Shown piece by piece: positions 10,057 through 20,646 of a stretch of 60,537 nt of DNA. Made by a program: the position numbers and the translations under genes. The notes under the pieces are model-generated. The model was not told the origin of the DNA. It was given only the letters and a program-made list of their open reading frames with translations, and ran no database searches. Position 1 is the stretch's first letter, and each line of letters opens with the position of its first letter. The DNA is taken from the NCBI RefSeq assembly GCF_003334255.1, contig NZ_QOWU01000027.1; one strand, written 5' to 3'. This stretch comes from Escherichia coli. Lineage in GTDB: Bacteria; Pseudomonadota; Gammaproteobacteria; Enterobacterales; Enterobacteriaceae.

Positions 10057-11185
10057 ACTGAACGATCTTCTGACCACCCGTGAGCTACAACGCTGGCGAT
10101 TAATTCTTGGCGAAGCGGCAGAAACGACGCTTTGTGGGCTGGATGACAACGCCCGGCAGATAGACCACGCGCTGGAGTGGCTGTATGGGCGCGATCCTGA
10201 ACGGCTCCAGCGTGGTGAACGCTCCGGTGGATTAGGTGGCTCAAATCTCACCACCCCTGAGTGGATCAACAGTATTCACACGCTGTTTCCGCAACAGGTG
10301 ATTGAGCGGCTGGAAAGCGATGCCGTACTGCGCTACGGCATTGAAGATGTGGTGACAAATCTCGACGTGCTGGAACGTATGCAGCCTTCCGAAAGCCTGC
10401 TACGCGCCGTTTTGCACACCAAACATCTGATGAATCCCGAAGTACTGGCTGCCGCCCGCCAGATAGTGCGCCAGGTTGTTGAAGAAATTATGGCGCGACT
10501 GGCAAAGGAAGTTCGCCAGGCTTTTTCTGGTGTCCGCGATCGCCGTCGCCGTTCATTTGTTCCACTGGCGCGAAACTTTGATTTCAAAAGTACTCTGCGC
10601 GCCAACCTGCAACACTGGCACCCGCAACACGGCAAGTTGTATATCGAATCCCCCCGCTTTAACAGCCGCATTAAACGCCAAAGCGAACAATGGCAACTGG
10701 TCTTACTGGTTGATCAAAGCGGCTCGATGGTCGATTCGGTGATCCACTCTGCGGTGATGGCGGCCTGTTTGTGGCAGTTACCCGGCATTCGTACCCATCT
10801 GGTGGCGTTTGACACAAGCGTCGTTGATCTCACGGCAGACGTTGCCGATCCGATAGAGTTATTAATGAAAGTGCAATTAGGCGGCGGAACCAATATCGCC
10901 AGTGCCATGGAGTATGGTCGGCAACTTATTGAACAACCTGAAAAAAGCGTCATTATCCTAGTGAGCGATTTTTATGAAGGGGGTTCATCATCATTGCTGA
11001 CGCATCAGGTGAAAAAGTGTGTCCAGAGCGGCATCAAAGTGCTGGGACTGGCAGCGCTCGATAGCACAGCAACGCCTTGCTATGACCGCGATACGGCCCA
11101 GGCGCTGGTTAATGTCGGCGCACAAATAGCCGCCATGACACCGGGCGAGCTGGCATCATGGCTTGCGGAGAATCTTCAGTCATGA
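10049..11185 (+). CDS. yehP: von Willebrand factor A (VWA) domain protein YehP (378 aa)
   Basis: MIDAS DQSGS (10712-10726), with downstream GGGTNI and VSDFYEGG. The start overlaps the yehM stop by 8 nt (ATGTCTGA). Confidence 0.92.
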   Translation: MSELNDLLTTRELQRWRLILGEAAETTLCGLDDNARQIDHALEWLYGRDPERLQRGERSGGLGGSNLTTPEWINSIHTLFPQQVIERLESDAVLRYGIEDVVTNLDVLERMQPSESLLRAVLHTKHLMNPEVLAAARQIVRQVVEEIMARLAKEVRQAFSGVRDRRRRSFVPLARNFDFKSTLRANLQHWHPQHGKLYIESPRFNSRIKRQSEQWQLVLLVDQSGSMVDSVIHSAVMAACLWQLPGIRTHLVAFDTSVVDLTADVADPIELLMKVQLGGGTNIASAMEYGRQLIEQPEKSVIILVSDFYEGGSSSLLTHQVKKCVQSGIKVLGLAALDSTATPCYDRDTAQALVNVGAQIAAMTPGELASWLAENLQS

Positions 11186-13182
11186 ATTCACTACGTCCGG
11201 AATTATTAGAACTGACACCGCAGGCACTGACGGCGTTAAGCAATGCCGGTTTTGTTAAGCGCAGTCTTAAGGAACTGGAAAATGGCAACGTCCCGGAAAT
11301 CAGCCATGAGAACGGCGCTTTAATCGCCACCTTCAGTGACGGTGTCCATACCCAGCTGGCGAACGGCCAGGCACTGAAAGAGGCTCAGTGCACCTGTGGG
11401 GCCAGCGGCATGTGCCGTCATCGCGTGATGCTGGTGTTAAGTTATCAACGACTTTGTGCTACCGCCCAGCCTACGGGAAAAGAAGAGGAATGGGATCCGG
11501 CAATCTGGCTGGAAGAACTGGCTACCCTTCCCGATGCCACCCGCAAACGCGCACAGGTATTGGTCGCTAAAGGCATCACCATTGAGTTGTTATGTGCGCC
11601 GGGTGAAATTCCCTCTGCCCGCTTACCGATGAGCGATGTGCGTTTTTATTCCCGCAGCAGTATTCGTTTCGCCCGTTGTGATTGTATTGAAGGCACACTT
11701 TGCGAACATGTCGTACTGGCTGTGCAGGCCTTCGTCGAGGCCAAAGCGCAGCAAGCGGAATTTACTCATTTAATCTGGCAGATGCGCAGCGAACACGTCA
11801 CATCATCTGACGATCCGTTTGCCAGCGAAGAGGGCAACGCGTGTCGTCAATATGTTCAGCAATTAAGCCAGACATTATGGCTTGGCGGCATCAGCCAGCC
11901 GCTTATTCACTACGAGGCAGCATTCAACCGCGCATTGCAGGCGGCAGAGACCTGCAACTGGCGCTGGGTGAGTGAATCGCTACGGCAACTGCGCGCCAGC
12001 GTTGATGCCTTCCACGCCCGCGCCAGCCACTATAATGCCGGAGAATGCTTACATCAGCTTGCGGCATTAAACAGTCGATTAAATTGCGCACAAGAGATGG
12101 CCCGGCGCGACAGTATTGGTGAAGTTCCTCCTGTGCCGTGGCGCACGGTCGTTGGCTCTGGCATTGCCGGAGAAGCAAAGCTTGATCATCTGCGGCTGGT
12201 GTCTTTAGGTATGCGTTGCTGGCAGGATATTGAGCATTATGGTTTACGCATCTGGTTTACCGATCCCGACACCGGCAGTATTTTGCACCTTTCGCGCAGT
12301 TGGCCGCGAAGTGAACAGGAAAACTCACCGGCAGCTACGCGTCGGCTGTTTAGTTTTCAGGCTGGCGCACTGGCGGGCGGGCAAATTGTTTCACAAGCAG
12401 CAAAACGCAGTGCCGATGGCGAGCTGCTGTTAGCTACCCGCAACCGCTTAAGCAGCGTTGTGCCGCTGTCGCCTGATGCCTGGCAAATGTTGAGCGCGCC
12501 GTTACGCCAGCCGGGCATTGTGGCTTTGCGGGAATATTTACGCCAGCGTCCCCCCGCCTGCATACGGCCTCTTAATCAGGTCGATAACTTATTTATTCTG
12601 CCGGTCGCTGAGTGTATTTCGCTCGGTTGGGATAGCAGCCGCCAGACGCTGGATGCGCAGGTAATCAGCGGCGAAGGTGAAGATAATCTGCTGACGTTAT
12701 CACTGCCAGCCTCAGCCAGCGCGCCTTATGCCGTTGAACGCATGGCGGCGCTTTTGCAACAAACAGACGACCCCGTGTGTCTGGTTTCTGGCTTTGTCAG
12801 TTTTGTTGATGGGCAATTGACACTGGAACCACAGGTAATTATGACAAAGACTCGTGCCTGGGCGCTGGACGCTGAAACTGCGCCTGTGGCACCACTACCT
12901 TCTGCCAGCGTTTTGCCTGTGCCGTCTACTGCTCATCAGTTGCTGATGCGCTGCCAGGCGTTACTTATTCAACTGCTCCATAACGGCTGGCGCTATCAGG
13001 AACAGAGCGCTATTAGTCAGGCAGAGTTGCTGGCGAATGACCTCACCGCGGTGGGTTTTTATCGGCTGGCACATGTGTTGGGGCAATTTCGTAATACAGA
13101 AAGCGAGGCACGGGTAGAAGCAATAAATAACGGTGTTTTGCTTTGCGAACAATTATTCCCCATGCTTCAGCAACAAGGATGA
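11182..13182 (+). CDS. yehQ: SWIM zinc-finger protein YehQ
   Basis: Two CxCx5CxH SWIM motifs: CTCGASGMCRH (11389-11421) and CDCIEGTLCEH (11677-11709). The ATG overlaps the yehP stop in an ATGA junction. The start choice (11182 versus 11158) is inferred from that coupling. Confidence 0.88.
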   Translation: MNSLRPELLELTPQALTALSNAGFVKRSLKELENGNVPEISHENGALIATFSDGVHTQLANGQALKEAQCTCGASGMCRHRVMLVLSYQRLCATAQPTGKEEEWDPAIWLEELATLPDATRKRAQVLVAKGITIELLCAPGEIPSARLPMSDVRFYSRSSIRFARCDCIEGTLCEHVVLAVQAFVEAKAQQAEFTHLIWQMRSEHVTSSDDPFASEEGNACRQYVQQLSQTLWLGGISQPLIHYEAAFNRALQAAETCNWRWVSESLRQLRASVDAFHARASHYNAGECLHQLAALNSRLNCAQEMARRDSIGEVPPVPWRTVVGSGIAGEAKLDHLRLVSLGMRCWQDIEHYGLRIWFTDPDTGSILHLSRSWPRSEQENSPAATRRLFSFQAGALAGGQIVSQAAKRSADGELLLATRNRLSSVVPLSPDAWQMLSAPLRQPGIVALREYLRQRPPACIRPLNQVDNLFILPVAECISLGWDSSRQTLDAQVISGEGEDNLLTLSLPASASAPYAVERMAALLQQTDDPVCLVSGFVSFVDGQLTLEPQVIMTKTRAWALDAETAPVAPLPSASVLPVPSTAHQLLMRCQALLIQLLHNGWRYQEQSAISQAELLANDLTAVGFYRLAHVLGQFRNTESEARVEAINNGVLLCEQLFPMLQQQG

Positions 13183-13260
13183 AATAGTGCTTTTTACTAA
13201 GAGCTCTACTCCAGTTCCGGACTGCTCACGCCACGGTATTAGGCATATCCTATATAGCCC

Positions 13261-13283
13261 CTGGTGAGAGTCACCAGTTTCTT
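13261..13283 (+). terminator. Intrinsic terminator after yehQ
   Basis: CTGGTGA-GAG-TCACCAG perfect hairpin followed by TTTCTT. Confidence 0.6.
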
Positions 13284-13306
13284 GATTAAATAAAATGGAG
13301 TTTTAC

Positions 13307-13768
13307 ATGAAGGCTTTCAATAAGCTGTTTTCCCTCGTTGTTGCATCTGTTCTGGTTTTCTCTCTTGCTGGCTGCGGTGACAAAGAAGAATCGAAGAAAT
13401 TCAGCGCCAATCTGAACGGCACTGAAATTGCCATTACCTATGTCTACAAAGGTGACAAGGTGCTTAAGCAATCTTCTGAAACCAAAATTCAATTTGCCTC
13501 CATTGGTGCAACCACCAAAGAAGATGCTGCCAGGGCACTTGAGCCGTTAAGCGCCAAATACAAAAACATCGCGGGTGTTGAAGAAAAATTAACCTATACC
13601 GATACCTACGCGCAGGAAAACGTGACTATCGATATGGAAAAAGTGGATTTTAAAGCCCTGCAGGGTATTTCAGGAATCAACGTTTCTGCTGAAGATGCCA
13701 AAAAAGGTATCACTATGGCGCAAATGGAACTGGTGATGAAAGCCGCTGGTTTTAAAGAAGTGAAATAA
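13307..13768 (+). CDS. yehR: Lipoprotein YehR (153 aa)
   Basis: Signal peptide ending in the lipobox SLAGC. GGAG lies 6 nt upstream of the ATG at 13307. Confidence 0.9.
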   Translation: MKAFNKLFSLVVASVLVFSLAGCGDKEESKKFSANLNGTEIAITYVYKGDKVLKQSSETKIQFASIGATTKEDAARALEPLSAKYKNIAGVEEKLTYTDTYAQENVTIDMEKVDFKALQGISGINVSAEDAKKGITMAQMELVMKAAGFKEVK

Positions 13769-13774
13769 TCTGTC

Positions 13775-13799
13775 GGCGGCCATGTTTCGCATGGCCGCC
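13775..13799. terminator. Bidirectional hairpin between the convergent genes yehR and yehS
   Basis: GGCGGCCATG-tttcg-CATGGCCGCC, a perfect 10-bp stem. Confidence 0.65.
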
Positions 13800-13808
13800 A
13801 TACCCGTC

Positions 13809-14279
13809 TTAGCTTTTCTTCACATGCTGGCGCGCTGCCAGTCCACGCAGAAAATAACGTAAAAATTGATCGCCGCATTCGCGGAAGTTTTTATGATCCG
13901 GTGCACGCATCATCGCCGTAATTTCCGGCATCGAAACGCGGAACTGCTGTTCGGTGAGGATCGCCAGAATGTCATCGGTTTTCAGCGAAAACGCGATGCG
14001 TAATTTTTTCAGCACGATGTTGTTATTAATGCGACGTTCCGGCTCCAGTGCCGGAGCAGACTCATCCTTGCCGCGTTTTTCATAAATCAGGCCATTGAGG
14101 AATGACGACAAAACAATGTCCGGACAACGCTGAAAACCCTCTTCGTCTTCTTTACGTAGCCAGACGGCGATCTGTTCCGCGGTGGCTTCGACATTACCCA
14201 GCGCCAGAATACGCACCAGGTCATTATTATTGGCTTTCAAAATGTAGCGCACGCTGCGCAGAATATCGTTACTTAGCAT
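13809..14279 (-). CDS. yehS: DUF1456-family protein YehS (156 aa)
   Basis: ORF starting MLSNDILRSVRYILK. Matches recalled K-12 YehS. The upstream 19-codon extension in the ORF track is unsupported. Confidence 0.88.
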   Translation of the reverse strand: MLSNDILRSVRYILKANNNDLVRILALGNVEATAEQIAVWLRKEDEEGFQRCPDIVLSSFLNGLIYEKRGKDESAPALEPERRINNNIVLKKLRIAFSLKTDDILAILTEQQFRVSMPEITAMMRAPDHKNFRECGDQFLRYFLRGLAARQHVKKS

Positions 14280-14325
14280 GAGGCCTTCAGGTGTTGATGA
14301 GGCAAAAAGCCATTTTAGCAGTCTT

Positions 14326-15045
14326 TTACAGGCCAATCGCCTCTTTTAAGCTTTTCAGATAACGGCGGCTGACCGGCACGGTTAAGCCATTACGCAAAAT
14401 CAACTCGGCCTGGCCGTTATCTTCCAGACGAATCTCCTGTAAATGCGCGAGGTTAACCAGATACTGACGATGGCAGCGCAGTAGTGGTGTACGACTTTCC
14501 AGGGTACGTAATGTCAATTCGGTAAAGCCCTCTTTCCCTTCGTGGCTGGTAACGTAGACACCGCTCATCCGACTGCTGACAAATGCCACATCTTTCATTT
14601 GCAGCAAATAAATCCGACTATGCCCAGTACAAGGGATAAATTTCAGCGCCTGTTGATTTTCTGGTAACAGCGAAACATCCTGCTTGCTGCGTTCCTGCCG
14701 CAAACGCGCCAGCGTTTTCTCCAGTCGCGCTTCATCAATTGGCTTCAGCAGATAATCAAAGGCGTGTTCTTCAAAGGCTTTAATGGCGTATTCGTCAAAC
14801 GCGGTGAGAAAAACAATATACGGACGATGTTCCGGGTCGAGCATCCCCACCATTTCCAGACCACTGATGCGCGGCATCTGGATATCGAGAAACAGCACAT
14901 CCGGGCGCAGTTTATGCACCGCGCCGATCCCTTCCACGGCGTTTGAACACTCACCAACGATTTCAATATCGCTCTGCTCCTGCAAAAATACGCGCAGGTT
15001 CTCCCGTGCTAACGGTTCATCATCGACAATTAAGACTTTAATCAT
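14326..15045 (-). CDS. btsR: LytTR-type response regulator BtsR (YehT)
   Basis: Receiver domain ([18 protein letters not shown]) plus a C-terminal LytTR domain. ATGA overlap with the btsS stop. Confidence 0.95.
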
Positions 15046-16727
15046 GCCTCGTCCCTCCATGGTAGTCGTAACGTTATTCGGGTGTAACTATCAGGCTCAC
15101 AGGCGACGCTTATCCCATAGTCATCGCCAAACCGTTCACGTAAACGCTTATCCACCAGATTCATCCCCAGCCCACTGGCATTGGTTACCGGTTGATACAA
15201 ACCGGCATTGTCTTCGATCTCCAGCATTAAATGTTGCCCCTCACGTCGGGCGCTGATTGCCACTCGCCCTGTATCCAGCAGTTGTGATGTCCCATGTTTA
15301 ATGGCGTTTTCCACTATCGGTTGCAGGGTAAACGCGGGCAATTGCTGCTGGGATAATTCTTGCGGAATAGCAATGTTGACCTGCAACCGCGACTGGAAGC
15401 GCGCCTTTTCAATTTGCAGATAAGCATTCACATGTTCAATTTCGTCGGCGAGAGTAACAAACTCCGAAGGCCGCTTTAAGTTTTTGCGGAAAAAAGTGGA
15501 AAGATACTGCACCAGCTGGCTGGCCTGTTCGCTGTCGCGACGGATCACCGCTTTAATGGTGTTAAGCGCATTAAACAAAAAATGGGGATTCACCTGGGCG
15601 TGAAGCAGTTTGATCTCTGACTGGGTGAGCATCGCTTTTTGCCGCTCATATTGCCCGGCAAGGATCTGCGCCGAAAGCAGTTGCGCAATCCCCTCGCCCA
15701 GCGTGCGGTTGATTGAACTGAATAAACGGTTTTTGGCTTCATACAATTTGATGGTGCCCATCACCCGCTGATTTTCACCACGCAACGGAATTACCAGCGT
15801 CGACCCCAGTTTGCATTGCGGATGCAAAGAGCAACGGTAAGGTACTTCGTTGCCATCAGCGTAGACCACTTCACCGGTTTCAATCGCTTTTAAGGTATAA
15901 GTCGAAGAAATCGGTTTGCCGGGTAAATGGTGGTCGTCACCAATTCCGGTAAAGGCCAGCAATTTCTCTCGATCGGTAATCGCGACTGCACCAATATCCA
16001 GCTCCTGATACAGCACCTGTGCCACTTTCATGCTGTTCACTTCGTTAAACCCCTGGCGCAAAATGCCTTCCGTCGAGGCCGCCACTTTCAGCGCAGTGGC
16101 AGAAAAAGCTGAAGTGTATTTTTCAAACATCGCGCGTTTATCGAGCAATATACGCATAAACAGCGCCGCGCCGACGGTATTGGTGACCATCATTGGCGCA
16201 GCAATATTACTCACCAGACGTACCGCATCTTCATAAGGTCGGGCGATCGCCAGGATGATCAACATTTGCACCATTTCAGCGACGAACGTGACGGCACCGG
16301 CGGTAATGGGGTTAAAGACTTTATCAGTGCGCCCGCGACGGATCAGGATGCTGTGTACCAGGCCGCCGAGCAATCCTTCAACGATGGTTGAGATCATGCA
16401 ACTTAGCGCGGTCATGCCCCCCATCGAATATCGATGTAAGCCGCCGGTCAGACCAACCAGCCCACCGACGACCGGACCGCCGAGTAAGCCGCCCATTACC
16501 GCGCCTATCGCACGGGTATTGGCAATAGAATCGTCAATGTGCAACCCAAACCAGGTGCCCATGATGCAGAAGATGGAAAAGACGATGTAGCAGAGAAATT
16601 TATGCGGCAGACGAACCGTGACCTGCATTAACGGTATGAATAATGGCGTTTTACTCATTAACCACGCAATGACTAAAAAAACGCACATCTGCTGAAGCAG
16701 CAGCAACACCAGATTAAAATCGTACAT
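15042..16727 (-). CDS. btsS: LytS-type sensor histidine kinase BtsS (YehU), pyruvate sensing
   Basis: N-terminal multi-TM 5TM-LytS region, a GAF-like segment, the [11 protein letters not shown]-box and an ATPase domain. Confidence 0.95.
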
Positions 16728-16948
16728 ACCCGCAAACCACACTTCCCTTTAAAACGCGTAACATACATTGCCTGCGTTTAACTTTCTTTGAACTCTTGCA
16801 GAAAAATGAGAATTCGTGAGTACGATCACTCAAAATCGCCTGGCAAAAATAAAATCACCCTATAGATGCACAAAAAACGGGCAAAACTACCTGGTTCGCA
16901 AAACTGCGTCTAAAGTTAAACCGGGACCTCGCGAGCAAGGGTGAGACG

Positions 16949-17680
16949 ATGGCGCTTTACACAATTGGTGAAGTGGCGTTGCTTTGTGATATTAATCCTG
17001 TCACGTTACGCGCGTGGCAGAGGCGTTACGGATTGCTGAAACCGCAACGGACAGACGGCGGTCATCGGCTGTTCAACGATGCCGATATTGACCGGATCCG
17101 CGAGATCAAACGCTGGATCGACAACGGCGTGCAGGTCAGCAAAGTTAAAATGCTGCTCAGTAATGAAAATGTTGATGTGCAGAACGGCTGGCGCGATCAG
17201 CAAGAAACATTACTGACTTACCTGCAAAGCGGCAATCTACATAGCCTGCGAACGTGGATCAAAGAGCGCGGTCAGGATTACCCCGCCCAGACACTCACCA
17301 CACATCTGTTTATTCCTCTGCGCCGACGGCTTCAGTGCCAACAACCGACTCTCCAGGCGCTGCTGGCGATCCTCGACGGCGTACTGATCAACTACATCGC
17401 CATTTGTCTGGCTTCGGCACGTAAAAAACAGGGTAAAGATGCGCTGGTGGTTGGCTGGAATATTCAGGATACCACCCGTCTGTGGCTGGAGGGCTGGATT
17501 GCCAGTCAACAAGGATGGCGCATTGATGTCCTCGCCCACTCGCTCAATCAACTACGCCCTGAACTATTCGAAGGCCGTACATTGCTGGTGTGGTGCGGTG
17601 AAAATCGAACCTCCGCCCAACAGCAGCAACTCACCAGTTGGCAAGAACAAGGCCATGATATTTTCCCACTCGGCATTTAA
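16949..17680 (+). CDS. mlrA: MerR-family transcriptional regulator MlrA (csgD activator)
   Basis: N-terminal MerR HTH (YTIGEVALLCDINPVTLRAWQRRYGLL); 243 aa. Confidence 0.95.
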   Translation: MALYTIGEVALLCDINPVTLRAWQRRYGLLKPQRTDGGHRLFNDADIDRIREIKRWIDNGVQVSKVKMLLSNENVDVQNGWRDQQETLLTYLQSGNLHSLRTWIKERGQDYPAQTLTTHLFIPLRRRLQCQQPTLQALLAILDGVLINYIAICLASARKKQGKDALVVGWNIQDTTRLWLEGWIASQQGWRIDVLAHSLNQLRPELFEGRTLLVWCGENRTSAQQQQLTSWQEQGHDIFPLGI

Positions 17681-17739
17681 TGATTCGTTAACAAATGCGC
17701 TTTACTGTACAATCCTTTCGTTAACATAAGGAGTGCATT

Positions 17740-17847
17740 ATGCGCATAGCTAAAATTGGGGTCATCGCCCTGTTCCTGTTTATGGCGTTAGGCGGAATTG
17801 GTGGCGTCATGCTCGCAGGTTATACCTTTATTTTGCGTGCTGGCTAA
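17740..17847 (+). CDS. yohO: Small hydrophobic protein YohO (35 aa)
   Basis: Not in the ORF track because it is shorter than 60 aa. Strong SD AAGGAG 7 nt upstream of the ATG. The product [35 protein letters not shown] is a single TM helix. The 3' end overlaps the convergent yehW stop by 20 nt. Confidence 0.75.
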
Positions 17848-18559
17848 GCGCCTGCACCAGCCTTTCAAACAGGCGGTCTGCGATGATCGCCGCCAGTGCC
17901 ACCAGTAACGCCCCCTGGATCACATACGCGGTATTAAATCCGCTAAGCCCGATGATGATGGGCGTACCCAGCGTGCTGGCCCCTACCGTTGAGGCGATCG
18001 TCGCCGTACCAATGTTGATAATCACCGAAGTTCGCACGCCCGCCAGAATCACCGGAGCCGCCAGCGGTAGCTCGACCTTACGCAGTCGCTGACCACGACT
18101 CATTCCCATACCTTTCGCAACTTCTGTCACGCTGGCATCAATCGCTCCCAGCCCGGCAAGTGTCGCCTGCAGGACGGGCAGCACACCGTAAAGGATCAAG
18201 GCGATAATCGCTGGTTGCAGACCAAAGCCGATCACCGGAACGGCGATCGCCAGCACTGCGACGGGCGGAAAAGTCTGTCCAACGGCGGCAATAGTTTCCA
18301 CCAGTGGGCGAAATTCCGCGCCCCACGGGCGAGTGACAGCAATTCCGGCACCAGTGCCAATGATCACCGCAAACAAACTCGAAATTCCCACCAGCCAGAA
18401 ATGAGCCAGTGCCAGAGCTGCAAAACTTTCTTGCTGATAAACGGGTCGTGGCAGTTGTGGGAACAAGGCAGCAAACAGCGGCTGGCTGTAAGGCAGCCAG
18501 AAAATCAGCGCCACAAACAGAGCAATGAGCCAGAACAGCGGATCGCGCAACATCTTCAT
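17828..18559 (-). CDS. yehW: Glycine betaine/osmoprotectant ABC transporter permease YehW
   Basis: Polytopic membrane ORF of the binding-protein-dependent permease family; 243 aa. Confidence 0.93.
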
Positions 18560-18563
18560 ACGC

Positions 18564-19490
18564 TTACGCCTCCTCCAGCAGATCCTGAAAATGCAGCGTG
18601 CCGCAAGGCTGGCCCTGCGTGTTCATCACCGGCAGCACCTCGCATCCCCGCGCGACAAACAGGGAGAGCGCATCGCGTAGCGTCATCTCTTCTGCCAGTG
18701 CCTCACCTTCTGCCCGTTCTTCGCGACGCACGTAATCCGCCACACTACGTAACGAAAGCAGGCGCACCCCCAGTTCACTACGTCCAAAAAACTGGCGGAC
18801 AAAATCATTCGCCGGACGAGTCAGCATCGTCAGCGGATTGCCCTGCTGCACTACTTCACCGTGATCCATCAATACCAGATGTTCTGCCAGCCGTAGCGCC
18901 TCATCAATATCATGAGTGACCAGCACAATGGTACGCCCCAGCAAACGGTGAATGCGCGTCATCTCTTGTTGCAACGCGCCGCGCGTTACCGGGTCCAGTG
19001 CGCCAAAAGGTTCATCCATCAGTAAGACTTGCGGATCGGCAGCCAGTGCACGCGCCACTCCCACACGTTGCTGCTGACCACCGGAAAGCTGATGCGGATA
19101 ACGCTCACGCAAATTTGACTCCAGCCCCAGTAGCGCCATTAATTCGTCGATACGATCGTCAATCCGTGCCCGCGACCATTTTTGTAATTGCGGCACGGTA
19201 GCGATGTTTTGCGCCACGCTCCAGTGGGGGAACAGGCCAATAGATTGAATGGCATAGCCCATCCGGCGGCGCAACTCCAGTACTGGCAGCGAGCGAATTT
19301 CTTCTCCGGCAAAGCGGATCTCTCCGCTGTCATGCTCCACCAGGCGGTTAATCATTTTCAGGGTGGTGGATTTGCCGGAGCCAGATGTGCCAATCAGCAC
19401 CGAAAAACTCCCTTCCTGAAAATTGAGATTGAGATCGTTAACGGCTTTTTGTGCGCCGAACAGTTTGCTGACATGGCTAAATTCAATCAT
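18564..19490 (-). CDS. yehX: ABC transporter ATP-binding protein YehX
   Basis: Walker [10 protein letters not shown], signature LSGGQQQRV, Walker B LLMDEP and a C-terminal CBS-like tail. Confidence 0.95.
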
Positions 19491-20640
19491 TACGTTTCAC
19501 CTTCAGCAGTGCGATAAGCAAATCGAACAGCGCGTCGGTAAGCACCGCCAGAACAATTACCGGGATCACCCCCAGCAACACTAAATCAATGGCGCTGCTT
19601 AGCAGCCCCTGGAAAACCAGCGCACCAAAACCGCCTGCGCCGATTAACGCCGCAATCACCGCCATACCTACAGTTTGCACCATCACCACCCGCAGGCTGC
19701 GCAGAAATACCGGTAACGCCAGTGGTAACTGAACATGCAGGAATCGCTGCGCCCCGCTCATGCCCATCGCTCTGGCGCTCTCCAGCACATCGCGCGGGAT
19801 CTGGTTCAAACCGACTACCACGCCGCGCACCAGCGGCAGCAAGGCATAGAGCACCAGCGCAATCAGTGCGGGTGTCATTCCGGTTCCTGCTATGCCGAGC
19901 GTCCCCAGCCACGGAAAGGCCGTAACCAGCGCGGCAAGCGGCGCAATCAACAGGCCAAAGAGCGCCACCGAAGGCACGGTCTGAATCACATTGAGCAGAG
20001 AAAAAATTGCCCCCTGCCGAGCAGTGGAAAAGTAGCACCAGATGCCCAACGGCACACCAATCACTAACGCAGGCAGCACCGCACCAAACAGCAACGTCAG
20101 ATGTTGTGCCAGCGCGTCGTCAAACACATCCTGACGGTTGGCGTATTCTTTCATTAGTGAGAGATCGTTAAGCGTGCCGGAGTACAGCAACCACAGCGGA
20201 ATAATGGCAATCTGCATATGCAACAACCAGCGCCACAGCGGATGCGTGGAGATTCGGCGGATGGCATCGCTACAGGCCAGCAATGCCAGCGCCGCAGCCA
20301 GCCAGAAACCACTGCCGAGGCTGGTACGCGCCAGCGCACTGCCATTTTGCGCCAGTTGGGTCGCCGCCTTTCCAGCTCCCCACACCAGCAATACGAAGAC
20401 GAATTGCGCCAGAATGAGTGCACAAATGCTGCCTTTTTTACCGGGAATAAAACAGGCCGTCAGCCAGGCGCAACCAACGCCCACCAGCATCCAGATCGTT
20501 TGCGGCCACAGCTGCCAGAGATGACGCCCCTCACCCGAAACTAAACGATTAGGCGCGTAACTGATAAACGGCAGCGCCGCTGCGATTGCCGTCAGCAACA
20601 GCAGCAGCGCCAGAACAGGATTAATACGGAAATAAGTCAC
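19483..20640 (-). CDS. yehY: ABC transporter permease YehY
   Basis: 385-aa polytopic membrane ORF; 8-nt overlap with the yehX start. Confidence 0.93.
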
Positions 20641-20646
20641 GGGAAA

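Noticed and set aside
18215-18919. 234-aa plus-strand ORF
   Set aside because: It is antisense across the yehW/yehX junction, and both of those genes have strong family signatures.
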